Part shown: piece after piece, positions 26,988 through 36,064 of the stretch
Layout of the letters: each line of letters begins with the position of its first letter
How positions within the stretch are numbered: position 1 is the first letter of the stretch
UHGV virus genome: UHGV-0352991
Direction: 5' to 3' (one strand)
DNA: 40,828 nucleotides
Source: a virus
Position numbers and translations under genes: made by a program
Notes under the pieces: generated by a model
Told to the model about the DNA's origin: nothing
Database searches by the model: none
What the model saw: the letters and a program-made list of their open reading frames with translations, nothing else

Positions 26988-28991
26988 CTAGTCCTTCATG
27001 TAATAGTTACTTTCAAATCCTGCGCCTTTTAGGATCAGCCCCGGCGCCCAGGGGATCGGTTCTGCCATCAGACCGCATATCTCTTCCACTGTCGTTTCCA
27101 TGGGTGCATCAATGATCACTTCATCGTGTACATGGAATACCACCTGCAGATGCTTTGCCGCGATCCGTTCCAGCGTGACAGCCAGGCAGTCCCTTGCAAC
27201 CGCCTGGACGATGTTCTCTGTCATCTTCCCGCCATAGGTCGATGCCACTTCCCACTTTCTTGTCTGCTGGCCGACCGTATAATAATGAAGGGCCAGTTTG
27301 CCAAACTGGTTTTCCTTCAGGAACGGTTTCGGATAATACAGCTTCCTGCCGCTTGGCAGCTGAACCGTCAGGAAGGACTGGCCATAGACCAGATCCCCCT
27401 CTAATGCAAAGATCAGTCCGTAAATGGCCTGCGGCTGCGCTGTCTGCATGACCGCAAGTGCCGCGTTCTCTACGGCATACCACAGATCCCGGATCCGTGG
27501 ATTTGCCTGGCGCCATCTCTGCACGATGTCCGGAAGCTCCTCTTCCGTCAGTCCCATCTGCAGGGCCCCCATTGCGATCAACGCAGAAGTTCCACCCTGG
27601 TATCCCAGCGCAAGGGTCGCAACCTTGCCTTTCTGGCGCAGAGTGTATTCCGGATTGCCTTTTGCGATCCGGTCCACCGGCACGCCAAACATCTGGGACG
27701 CCGTGGCTTCATAGATCTTTCCATGCGTAGCAAATACCTCGTTTACCCACTGTTCCCCTGCCAGCCAAGCGATCACACGGGCCTCAATGGCAGAAAAATC
27801 AGCAACAACGAATTTATGCCCTTCAGACGGGATGAAAGCCGTCCGGATCAGCTGCGACAGCGTGTCCGGAACATTTCCATAAAGAAGCTTCAGTCCGTCA
27901 TAATTTTTTGCCTTGACAACTTTCCTTGCGTAATCCAGTGTCTTGATATAGTTTCTTGGCAGGTTCTGCATCTGTACCAGCCTCCCGGCCCATCGTCCTG
28001 TCCGGTTCGCCCCGTAATACTGGGTAAGGCCTCGCACACGGTCGCCCTCGCCCCTGGCAACTTCCATCGCTACATATTTCTTGATCGATGTCTTGCCAAG
28101 CTGCTGCCGGATTTTTAACATCCGCAGCACCTCTTCCGGGAACACATCTGTCTTTTCCAGCGCCTCCGCTACCGTGGCTTTCTGGATACCCTGGAACATA
28201 TCCGGATCTTCCGGAGATTTCCTGCTGTGATCATTCAGCCAGGGCACCAGCTGCGCCGCACTGTTTGGATTGGCAAGACCGGTTAACCGTACTGCCTCAT
28301 CCGTCAGTTTCTGCGTGCTGATCCCATCAATATACAAAGCACCATCAATCAGATCTGTATCCACACGCACGCCGTATGCATTCATGAGCACATCCATCTG
28401 CCACTGATGCTCCTCGCCCGCAGGTACCGGGAACTGCTTTAACCGTGCCAGGATCTCATGCTCTGTCACGACATCCTGCTTACAGTATTCTTTGAACAGT
28501 TTCCACTTTTTAGGATCATGCCAGGGCTGGTTCCATGTCCGGTTCCCGTTGCTCCTGGTTGGTTTGCAGGGAACGCAGAAATACCGGATCAGTGCCTTAC
28601 CTGTTGCCAGTTTCTGTTTATCCTGAGGGAGCCCGATCGCTTTACCCGTTGCATCCAGTCCCGCAGTATATCCGCAGTAAAGTCCATGGGCCATGGTGCA
28701 GCGCCACTGATCGATCGGAGTCTCAAAGCCTGCCCGGTTAAGGCAGTACCATTCGAACGCTGCATTATACGCATGCTTGATCACATCCGGATCTGACAGG
28801 GCTGCTGCCAGTTCATCCGGTAACTGTTCGCCGTTTGCCAGGTCAATGATCTCCACCGGATCCTCGCCGAACTGATAAGCAAACAGAAGGATCTGAAAGT
28901 CCGGAGACTGCGCGTATTTGTAGGCTCCTGCCTTTCCAATGTCCACGCTGCTCCGTGTCTCAATATCAATACTCAGATGTCTTGTCATCAA
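26988..28991 (-). CDS. DNA polymerase I family (family A) with 3'-5' exonuclease domain
   Basis: Exo I motif SIDIETRS; motif A VVADFSAIEARV; motif B RQKGKVATLALGYQGG; motif C HVHDEVI. Confidence 0.85.
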   Translation of the reverse strand: MMTRHLSIDIETRSSVDIGKAGAYKYAQSPDFQILLFAYQFGEDPVEIIDLANGEQLPDELAAALSDPDVIKHAYNAAFEWYCLNRAGFETPIDQWRCTMAHGLYCGYTAGLDATGKAIGLPQDKQKLATGKALIRYFCVPCKPTRSNGNRTWNQPWHDPKKWKLFKEYCKQDVVTEHEILARLKQFPVPAGEEHQWQMDVLMNAYGVRVDTDLIDGALYIDGISTQKLTDEAVRLTGLANPNSAAQLVPWLNDHSRKSPEDPDMFQGIQKATVAEALEKTDVFPEEVLRMLKIRQQLGKTSIKKYVAMEVARGEGDRVRGLTQYYGANRTGRWAGRLVQMQNLPRNYIKTLDYARKVVKAKNYDGLKLLYGNVPDTLSQLIRTAFIPSEGHKFVVADFSAIEARVIAWLAGEQWVNEVFATHGKIYEATASQMFGVPVDRIAKGNPEYTLRQKGKVATLALGYQGGTSALIAMGALQMGLTEEELPDIVQRWRQANPRIRDLWYAVENAALAVMQTAQPQAIYGLIFALEGDLVYGQSFLTVQLPSGRKLYYPKPFLKENQFGKLALHYYTVGQQTRKWEVASTYGGKMTENIVQAVARDCLAVTLERIAAKHLQVVFHVHDEVIIDAPMETTVEEICGLMAEPIPWAPGLILKGAGFESNYYMKD

Positions 28992-29037
28992 GATCCCTCC
29001 TGCTCAAAAAGGGGCTTATAAAAGCCCCGGCTATGGT

Positions 29038-29715
29038 TTAATATGGCATACCGGTCAATGGATTTATGCCTGTTCCCGGCTGTCCCCATGGTGCCTGCCC
29101 TACTGACTGATGTGGCTGTGTGTATGCTGGCTGCTGCGTCATCGTTGGTGACGGTGTCATTACCGGCTGCTGCGGAGCCCCGAAAGCCTGCGCTGCAGTC
29201 ATAGAACCACCGCCTAAGGCTTCTCCGTCCCTTAACTTCTGTACTGGTCCCAGGCCGCACCCGATGCCCTTCTTACCGCCAAACATATACGGATAAAAGG
29301 TCACGTTCACACGGCCATACATTCCACTGTACACCTCAGACTGGTTGATGATCGGGTTGCCCATACGGTCCACGACCTCCGGCGGGTAATCAACTTTCGC
29401 ACTGGCTGTGAATACCCAGTGTCCCTTACACTCTTCTCCAAACGGCATGCCGTCAGAAGGTCTCACGCCGTCACCGTCATAGACCGGTGTCGGTACGATC
29501 GGCGGGCACACCCCATTCCATTTATCGGAGATACCTCTCTGCTTTGCTGCTTCGATCGCTGCATTGATGCGGGCCATGGTATCTGCATCAGTCTTTGGCA
29601 CAAGGACTGTTACGCTGTATTTTTCCTCCTGTCCCTGCATTGCAGCATAAGGCTTAAATAAATGCACATAGCTGAATCTTACTTCTCCAGTTGTCACATT
29701 CGTCATCTCATTCAT
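29038..29715 (-). CDS. DUF2815-family phage protein (putative ssDNA-binding)
   Basis: This ORF occupies the conserved position between the DUF2800 nuclease and the family-A polymerase seen in this replication module type. I recognise the sequence style but cannot confirm the call without a search. Confidence 0.5.
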   Translation of the reverse strand: MNEMTNVTTGEVRFSYVHLFKPYAAMQGQEEKYSVTVLVPKTDADTMARINAAIEAAKQRGISDKWNGVCPPIVPTPVYDGDGVRPSDGMPFGEECKGHWVFTASAKVDYPPEVVDRMGNPIINQSEVYSGMYGRVNVTFYPYMFGGKKGIGCGLGPVQKLRDGEALGGGSMTAAQAFGAPQQPVMTPSPTMTQQPAYTQPHQSVGQAPWGQPGTGINPLTGMPY

Positions 29716-30919
29716 TTTCGTTTTCCTCCTTGAACGCCTCCGTGGCGCTGATCTTGTTTGTGATGGCCGGTCTCTTGTCTGATGCCTCCACTAGTGCCGG
29801 TTTTCCGGTCTTCTTGGTTACAAATTCGCTTACGCTTTCCGTGAATATCTTCTTGCCCACAGCCTTTTCCACCTGGGCAAGGGTGAGCGGTTTTCTTTCC
29901 CACAGGATTTCCGGCTGGATACCATCCGCCTCCAGTTTTGAAAAAGCTGCGTCCATGTCCGTCCAGTCCCTGGTCGTTCTTCCCGCAACTGCCTTCCAAC
30001 CTGGGACTTCTTTGCCTGCGAGACTTTCCTTCAGGGCCACTTCCTCGATATCCTTCAGCCACTTTGCGACATCCTTGCCTTTCTTCAGATAATCTCCCAA
30101 CTGCTTCATTGTAAGGAGCGCCGGATCCGTTCCTGCAGCAAACGCAAGTTCCACATTCTTTTCGGCACGGGCTTTGCAGAGTCCCCTGGCCCTGCAGTAC
30201 CTGCAGGTTTTCGGCCCCGGTACAAAATCCCCGATCCCCTGGATGGCAAGTACCGCACGTTCTTTCACCTCTTCTCCAAATTTCAGAAGATCTTCCAGGC
30301 TGCACTCCCACTCAGAGATACCGTCTGAAAGTCTCGGTTGTACGATGGTCATGCGAACTGTATGTATATCATACAGGATCCGGTATGCCTCATAGGCGCC
30401 CAGCGCGTAAAGCATCATCTGCGGATTATGTTCCGCACTCACGCGGCCGTCCGGACTTTTTCCATACTTGAAGTCGATCACATGGATCACGCCGTCTCCC
30501 AGCAGGATACAGTCCGCGCTTCCGGAAGCCGGGTTCTCATCCGGAAGGTTCGGGATATAAGCGGACAGATCCACACGCCGCTCGATATCAACATGGGGTG
30601 ATACCGGAAATTTCATTGCCACCGACTTAATGTACTCCAGGTAATCATCGGTGTACCCGATCATCTCATCGTCCCAGATCTCGCTTGCCTTTAACTTCTT
30701 GATCTCGGCGTTCAGCTTCCGCTTACCAAAGTCTGTAGTGAAAAAATAGTTCCGGACTTTAAGCTCCGCAAGCTCATGTGCCAGTGTCCCCTCTTCTGCC
30801 GCAGCGGATGACCGGTCCGGGAACTGCAGGCCCAGGATCACACTCGGCGTGCAGGCCATCCACTGATAGGCATTGGACGGGCTTAAGGTTGAATGCGTCC
30901 GTTCTGCGTGTCCACCCAT
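29708..30919 (-). CDS. PD-(D/E)xK nuclease, DUF2800 / Cas4-like with C-terminal Cys cluster
   Basis: VIDFKYGK (D...E/D-x-K) and CRYCRARGLC iron-sulfur-like cluster. Confidence 0.65.
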   Translation of the reverse strand: MGGHAERTHSTLSPSNAYQWMACTPSVILGLQFPDRSSAAAEEGTLAHELAELKVRNYFFTTDFGKRKLNAEIKKLKASEIWDDEMIGYTDDYLEYIKSVAMKFPVSPHVDIERRVDLSAYIPNLPDENPASGSADCILLGDGVIHVIDFKYGKSPDGRVSAEHNPQMMLYALGAYEAYRILYDIHTVRMTIVQPRLSDGISEWECSLEDLLKFGEEVKERAVLAIQGIGDFVPGPKTCRYCRARGLCKARAEKNVELAFAAGTDPALLTMKQLGDYLKKGKDVAKWLKDIEEVALKESLAGKEVPGWKAVAGRTTRDWTDMDAAFSKLEADGIQPEILWERKPLTLAQVEKAVGKKIFTESVSEFVTKKTGKPALVEASDKRPAITNKISATEAFKEENENE

Positions 30920-31419
30920 CAGATCTGTGCCCCCATTCCTCTTAAGGCTGTTGCAAAGGCTCCGTACTGGGACGGCTGCAGTAATGGGATCGAGTTTGTG
31001 CCAAACTGCTGCAGCAGGGCCAGGAGCTCATTCTGCTTTCCAGAGTCCATCAGCTGCATGGCTGCTTTTGCCAGCTCATCCGGTGTATAGGTATGGGTGC
31101 TGGTCGGAACAGCGGGCTGGGCCGGTGCTGTCGGGATCTGTGATGCCACAGGAATCTGTGACTGGGTAGGTACTGCTGCAACTGGCTGAACAGGAGCTGT
31201 AGGAACTGCAGACTGGACCGCAGTGACTGGCTGGACCGGCGCCACAGGTACTGCATGGGTAACTGGTACAGTTGGCTGCTGTGCAGTTTGTGGCATTGTA
31301 GTGTTCTGTGAGACCACCGGATCCGGTGCCTTATCCTCTGCAGTCTGTCCGCTGATCATTGCAGCAAACGCTCTTACTTCATCCAGGTCATTAAAAGTTA
31401 CTGTAATATTCATGATCAA
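30919..31419 (-). CDS. Hypothetical protein with Pro/Val/Gln-rich low-complexity linker
   Basis: Repeats VPVAPVQPVTAVQSAVPTAPVQPVAAVPT. Globular N- and C-terminal ends. Confidence 0.45.
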   Translation of the reverse strand: MIMNITVTFNDLDEVRAFAAMISGQTAEDKAPDPVVSQNTTMPQTAQQPTVPVTHAVPVAPVQPVTAVQSAVPTAPVQPVAAVPTQSQIPVASQIPTAPAQPAVPTSTHTYTPDELAKAAMQLMDSGKQNELLALLQQFGTNSIPLLQPSQYGAFATALRGMGAQI

Positions 31420-31425
31420 ATCCTC

Positions 31426-31647
31426 CTAAAATGTGATTTTTGAAAGCTCGTCCCTTAAGATGAGCAGTTCTTCTTTTGATAATGTGGCGCCTTTGGTCAT
31501 CCTGGAACGGTCTTCATTCCAACGGCGAAGGTCATACTTCGGTTCGTTTTCTCCCCATTTGACCAGGTTCAGTTCCAGATGATACCCACGGCTCTCCGGA
31601 AACTTGATAAAGTTTTCCAGGATCTCGCATTTAATGCTTTCCGACAC
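31426..31647 (-). CDS. PC4/YdbC-like ssDNA-binding protein
   Basis: LNLVKWGENEPKYDLRRW...KGATLSKEELLIL matches the bacterial PC4-like (YdbC) signature. Confidence 0.5.
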   Translation of the reverse strand: MSESIKCEILENFIKFPESRGYHLELNLVKWGENEPKYDLRRWNEDRSRMTKGATLSKEELLILRDELSKITF

Positions 31648-31684
31648 CGTTCCTCTCCCCTTTCTCCAAATTTCTGTGGACGGC

Positions 31685-32038
31685 TCATACTTCCACTTCC
31701 TTCAGGTTCTGGTCCCTGATCAGGCGCTCTTTCCATTCAGCAAGCTCTTCTGCATCCGGTGCCACGATATCTTCATGTACTGGAACCGCCAGGATAAAGT
31801 CACCTACAATGGGATACCCATAAAAACGGGATCCTGTCCTGTTTAATGGAAGCTGCTTTAAGATGCCTTCTTCATCCACCAGCATCATTACTGGCTTACC
31901 AAAGTAGTCAAACATCCTCTGCGTCTTTACTGTCTCAAACATGCCACCCACAACTTTCTGAATGGCCCTGTAATCATCAAAGTCCACATCAACAACGGAA
32001 ATTTCATTGCTACTGGTGATCTTTATTGTCTTTGCCAT
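31685..32038 (-). CDS. Hypothetical early protein
   Basis: A 117-aa ORF with a good coding-like composition in the early operon. Confidence 0.45.
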   Translation of the reverse strand: MAKTIKITSSNEISVVDVDFDDYRAIQKVVGGMFETVKTQRMFDYFGKPVMMLVDEEGILKQLPLNRTGSRFYGYPIVGDFILAVPVHEDIVAPDAEELAEWKERLIRDQNLKEVEV

Positions 32039-32218
32039 CTTGCAATTCTCCTTCTCCCTCCGTATAATGAGGGTGTGATTTATTTTTGTTACTGGACCTA
32101 TCGCAGTTGCCGCTGCCTGGGTCCTTTTTTATGTAGCCTCTGCATGCCTGTAAGCGGCTTCTCTCCATGCACCGGTTCTTCCTGATGCAGGTACCGCACT
32201 GGTCTTTCCACACAGCCA

Positions 32219-32404
32219 TCACAGCACCTGGACCGCAAGCACAGCCCCAAGCATCATGAAGACTATCACCCACATGCCACCGGCTATAAATGTCTCCGTG
32301 ATGCCTACCCAGTCCACAGTTTTCTTCTTAGGCCTGGTTGCCTGTACTGCCACATAAGACAGTTCCATGCCGGTCTGACCGTCATAGTTCTTGATCTTTG
32401 CCAT
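32219..32404 (-). CDS. Small membrane protein
   Basis: C-terminal hydrophobic helix GGMWVIVFMMLGAVLAVQVL. Confidence 0.35.
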   Translation of the reverse strand: MAKIKNYDGQTGMELSYVAVQATRPKKKTVDWVGITETFIAGGMWVIVFMMLGAVLAVQVL

Positions 32405-32428
32405 TGTTTTTCTCTCCTTTCCTGACCT

Positions 32429-32635
32429 TTATTCATATCCTGGCACACTGGATCCGGTAATCTGCTTTAACTTCTCCGGATAGATCTTGTACCGCCAGGT
32501 CTTAGTCCCCGTCTTTTGAGGACTTAATACCATTCCCAAGTCCATGCTTCCATTACGCATGTACTTTCTTACGGCCGCTGCCGACAGCCCCAGGAACGGA
32601 GCTGCATCTTCTGGTGAAAGATATCGTTTTTCCAT
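32429..32635 (-). CDS. Helix-turn-helix DNA-binding protein (excisionase/MerR-like)
   Basis: PEDAAPFLGLSAAAVRKYMRNG is a typical HTH. A GGAGGTG RBS precedes it. Confidence 0.45.
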   Translation of the reverse strand: MEKRYLSPEDAAPFLGLSAAAVRKYMRNGSMDLGMVLSPQKTGTKTWRYKIYPEKLKQITGSSVPGYE

Positions 32636-32646
32636 GTAAACACCTC

Positions 32647-32880
32647 CTACTCCAACAGGTCTTGTTTTTTCTTCCCGATCGTTATTGTTATCCCTAATGC
32701 ATTGGCCACAATTTCTGCATTTTTCAGCGATATATCATGTCGACCATTTTCCCAGTAGTAAATTACTCTGCTGGTAAATCCTGTCATTTCTGCTAATTTT
32801 GCTTTCGAAATTCCCTGCTTTTCTCGTTCATTTCGTAGAATTTTTCCGAACATACATTCTTGCACTTGCTTTTCCTCCAC
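32647..32880 (-). CDS. XRE-family HTH regulator (Cro-like)
   Basis: GISKAKLAEMTGFTSRVIYYWENG HTH. It is the first gene of the leftward early operon. Confidence 0.6.
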   Translation of the reverse strand: MEEKQVQECMFGKILRNEREKQGISKAKLAEMTGFTSRVIYYWENGRHDISLKNAEIVANALGITITIGKKKQDLLE

Positions 32881-32991
32881 TGGTTGTATACTATATATAG
32901 TGCGATGAACATTTGTTCATCATATATATGGTTCAAATGTATTGCTATAAGGTTTGTATGCGTGTCATTTTACTGAAAGGACGGTGTTTAT

Positions 32992-33201
32992 ATGCCAAAA
33001 CGTATTTCTGTAACTCGCGAATCATCTACGGGAAGAAACGAAAATTTCCGTGACAACTTTACTGGTGCAACTATGACTCGAAATCAATTTGTAAGCGAAA
33101 TCCAAAAAGGTAACTACAATCATTATCACGTTAGAAACATTAATGGTATCCCCACCCCTGTTTCTAATCCGGATAAATCTTCACGTAACAATTTAGGTTA
33201 A
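32992..33201 (+). CDS. DUF3892-like small protein
   Basis: NYNHYHVRNINGIPTPVSNPDKSSRNNL matches the yHV..r.G....R..PD...NNL signature. Confidence 0.45.
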   Translation: MPKRISVTRESSTGRNENFRDNFTGATMTRNQFVSEIQKGNYNHYHVRNINGIPTPVSNPDKSSRNNLG

Positions 33202-33332
33202 TCACTCACAGGCACGCATACCACTTTATACCCTTCCTTTTCTATGACATTCTCATCTGTGATACTTATAACCAATTCTTCATCATCTGTAAGAACCTGA
33301 AGTTCCTTGTATTCCTTTCCCGAAATTTCCAT
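33198..33332 (-). CDS. Hypothetical acidic small protein (44 aa)
   Basis: Manual ORF with GGAGGTG RBS immediately after the 67-aa XRE gene. Confidence 0.25.
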   Translation of the reverse strand: MEISGKEYKELQVLTDDEELVISITDENVIEKEGYKVVCVPVSD

Positions 33333-33345
33333 TCTTTCTCACCTC

Positions 33346-33549
33346 CTACTCCAACAGATCTTCGATTGAACACCCTAACACGTCAGCAACCTTTTTTAAA
33401 CTTCTCACTGTTGGGCTTACTGAATTCCATTTACATATACTGCCGATAGACAAACTACAGTCTTTTTCCAGTGCATTTATGGAAATTCCATTTTTTTTAG
33501 CTTCTCGGCAAATGTTGTCGTAAATCAGAACCTCACTCAAACTGTTCAC
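33346..33549 (-). CDS. XRE-family HTH regulator (second Cro-like / antirepressor-side regulator)
   Basis: ISINALEKDCSLSIGSICKWN HTH. It is transcribed divergently from the CI-like repressor. Confidence 0.55.
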   Translation of the reverse strand: MNSLSEVLIYDNICREAKKNGISINALEKDCSLSIGSICKWNSVSPTVRSLKKVADVLGCSIEDLLE

Positions 33550-33588
33550 CTCCTGTCTATGAAAGTTCTGAAAAAATCACTCAAATAT

Positions 33589-33617
33589 ATTGACTTGCTT
33601 CTGAAAATATCCTATAA
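33589..33617 (+). promoter_or_regulatory. Consensus sigma-70-type promoter TTGACT-17-TATAAT (probable repressor promoter) embedded among operator repeats
   Basis: TTGACTtgcttctgaaaatatccTATAAT read directly. The 13-mer GATTTTTTCAGAA occurs at ~33681 and ~33748, with an inverted copy at ~33566. Confidence 0.5.
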
Positions 33618-33782
33618 TCAAATTGTCAAGTAAGATTATCGAAAAATTCAGAGGCATTATTTATATCTCCGTATTTTGCGATTTTTTCAGAACCTTATGG
33701 TTACATTATACGCGATTTATTCAGAATGTCAACAGGAATTTTTGCGATTTTTTCAGAAATTAGAAAAGGACGCAAAATAGGC

Positions 33783-34202
33783 ATGAAAGAACGAATTAAA
33801 GAATTATGTAAAGTTAGAAAAATCTCCATGAATATGCTTGAGCAAGAGTTGGGATTTGGAAAAGGCTATTTAAGCAAATTAGGACAAAGCACACCAAACA
33901 CATCAAAAATAAAAAAAATTGCTGATTACTTCGGCGTTACAGTTGACTATCTTATGACCGGTCATGTTGAACCAAAAGAAAAAGACCCAGAGCTGACAGC
34001 TCGAGACGAAAGGGATATTGCCAAAGACCTCGATCGGATTATGGGCGAAATTCGTAAAGGTGATGACGGTCCTCTGTACTACAATGGCGTAGAAATTGAT
34101 AATGCTTCCCTAAGTCTACTTCAGAATGCCATTGAATATGCCCTAAGAGAAACCAAGAAGGAAAACAAAGTTAAATACAATCCAAATAAGAATAAAAAGT
34201 AG
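33783..34202 (+). CDS. CI-like XRE-family repressor
   Basis: HTH ISMNMLEQELGFGKGYLSKL. AAAGGA RBS for the MKERIKEL start. An alternative upstream start is at 33726. Confidence 0.6.
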   Translation: MKERIKELCKVRKISMNMLEQELGFGKGYLSKLGQSTPNTSKIKKIADYFGVTVDYLMTGHVEPKEKDPELTARDERDIAKDLDRIMGEIRKGDDGPLYYNGVEIDNASLSLLQNAIEYALRETKKENKVKYNPNKNKK

Positions 34203-34212
34203 GTGACGCCGT

Positions 34213-34656
34213 TTGGAGACTGTAAATCATAAGATTCGTCGTTTAATCAGGTACTATGAACATCTAACCGGCAGCCGAGATCCTGTTACCATTGCACGGT
34301 ACGCCGGGATCCAGATTGCAGTATTACCGTTAGGCAATATTTCTGGAAACTACAAACTTTTAAAAAGAAAACGTTGGATTTTTATAAATGAGGATATCCC
34401 TTCTGACAGTCCACTCTTTCGGGTCGTTGTAGCACATGAATTAGGACATGCTTTATTACATAGAAAAGAGAATTGTGCTTTTCTAAAGAATAAAACATTA
34501 CTACTTACATCCGGAATAGAAAGAGAAGCAAATTTATTTGCCGCTTCCCTTTTGATATCAGATGAAATGTTGCAAGATTATTCCTGTTATACCCAGGATC
34601 AGTTCTGTCAGTGTACAGGATATCCAAAAGAACTTATTGAATTAAGGTTAAAATGA
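34213..34656 (+). CDS. ImmA/IrrE-family metallopeptidase
   Basis: HELGHALLH (HExxH) motif. It lies immediately downstream of the repressor. Confidence 0.7.
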   Translation: METVNHKIRRLIRYYEHLTGSRDPVTIARYAGIQIAVLPLGNISGNYKLLKRKRWIFINEDIPSDSPLFRVVVAHELGHALLHRKENCAFLKNKTLLLTSGIEREANLFAASLLISDEMLQDYSCYTQDQFCQCTGYPKELIELRLK

Positions 34657-34722
34657 CTATATGCTTTCATTCAAAAAGGGCTTTGAAAAATCTATATTAA
34701 AATTTACGAAAGGGGAGTTTAT

Positions 34723-35748
34723 ATGTTTTCAGCAGATGAAACCTTAAATATTTTGACTACTTGTGGAATTCCAGTAATTGATCCTTCCACAAATTATTGG
34801 TTTATCAGGACTAACGGAGGCGATAATTTTGAAAACTTTTACTTTGGGCAATATGTTGCCATCGGTTGGGATAAAATTGATGATCTTGATTTCATAAAAC
34901 ACTGCTCTCTTAATGATTTAAAAGATGAAATCATTGAGTCATATCCAGATGATTCTAAACCTGGATCAACTGCATCGCAAATTATGCGCTTTGTAAATGA
35001 CATGAAAATCGGTGACTACGTACTGGTTCCTGGAGCAAATTGTGACCGTATTGCTATTGGACAAATTACCAGCGACCCATACATCTACGAAGCCTCTGAT
35101 CAAGAACGTATTGATGTGATGTTTTTTGATGAAGAAATATCATATTTGAAACGTAGGAATGTCAATTGGATTGCAGATCGACCGTTCGAACGACGCGAAT
35201 TAGATCCAATGCTCATACCAATTATCTATTCCTATGGTACTATCGTCAACGCTAATCCGTATTCGGGCTTTATTAACCGAACCTTATATAGCTGTTATAT
35301 TCAAGGGAAAGAAATGCACGCAATATTTGATGTAACCACTACTCAAAACATTGCTGCTGTCGATTTATATAATTTTATCGACTCTATTTTTGAAAGTGCT
35401 GATATATATTCAGAATTATATAATATACCTATTGAAAAAAATGAATTTTCCATTAAAGCTGCTATAAACTCTCCTGGCCCTGTAGAAATTATTACATGTG
35501 CGACCAGTGCTTTCCTCTTATTGACATCATTATCATTATTTATCAATGGCGCTAAAGTAAAATTTTCCTTTGATATATTTAAAATTATTAAAGGAAATGT
35601 TGATATCGATTCACCTGGATTAATTGATGAAATTAGGAACTTTCAAAAAATAGCTACTGAAAATGAAATTAAGCTAAAGGAAACCGAGGCTAAAATTGAA
35701 GAATCAAGAAAAAAGCTAAAGATAAGAAAAAAAGAAAATAAAAAATAG
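34723..35748 (+). CDS. Orphan 341-aa protein: N-terminal globular domain + single TM + Lys-rich coiled C-tail (candidate Abi/defence effector)
   Basis: AT-rich gene with hydrophobic segment VEIITCATSAFLLLTSLSLFI and tail KLKETEAKIEESRKKLKIRKKENKK. A hairpin follows its stop. Confidence 0.5.
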   Translation: MFSADETLNILTTCGIPVIDPSTNYWFIRTNGGDNFENFYFGQYVAIGWDKIDDLDFIKHCSLNDLKDEIIESYPDDSKPGSTASQIMRFVNDMKIGDYVLVPGANCDRIAIGQITSDPYIYEASDQERIDVMFFDEEISYLKRRNVNWIADRPFERRELDPMLIPIIYSYGTIVNANPYSGFINRTLYSCYIQGKEMHAIFDVTTTQNIAAVDLYNFIDSIFESADIYSELYNIPIEKNEFSIKAAINSPGPVEIITCATSAFLLLTSLSLFINGAKVKFSFDIFKIIKGNVDIDSPGLIDEIRNFQKIATENEIKLKETEAKIEESRKKLKIRKKENKK

Positions 35749-36064
35749 GGCTGGATACTTAATCCAGCCTCTCAATCATAAAACTTTTCTTTACAAATAT
35801 AAACGATGTAATCAAAAATAGGATTTCATGCAAATATATCTTTCCAGCAAATATAATTCTTGGCATATGCAGTAAAGAAATAAAGACAAGACGCTGTAAT
35901 AGATATGCAATAGAAAATAAAAATATATAAATACTATATTTTGAGGTGCAATATCTCATAACAAGACCCCCTTTCTTTATAGAACTATGATACATCACAT
36001 TGCGCCCTGTGACAACTTACGAATTCTTAATTTTAATATCCGATTATAGGGAGGAATATGTTTT

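Noticed and set aside
29712-30311. 199-aa Gly/Arg-rich ORF
   Set aside because: It lies entirely within the DUF2800 nuclease gene in another frame and has low-complexity composition, so it is an overprinting artefact.
32010-32273. 87-aa Cys-rich minus ORF
   Set aside because: It overlaps both neighbouring genes substantially. It is kept only as a note because a 180-bp gap exists and a shorter internal-start version could be real.
35759-35998. 79-aa minus-strand ORF in the AT-rich gap between the 341-aa gene and Uma2
   Set aside because: Its hydrophobic composition is generated by T-richness, it has no RBS, and it overlaps a terminator hairpin.
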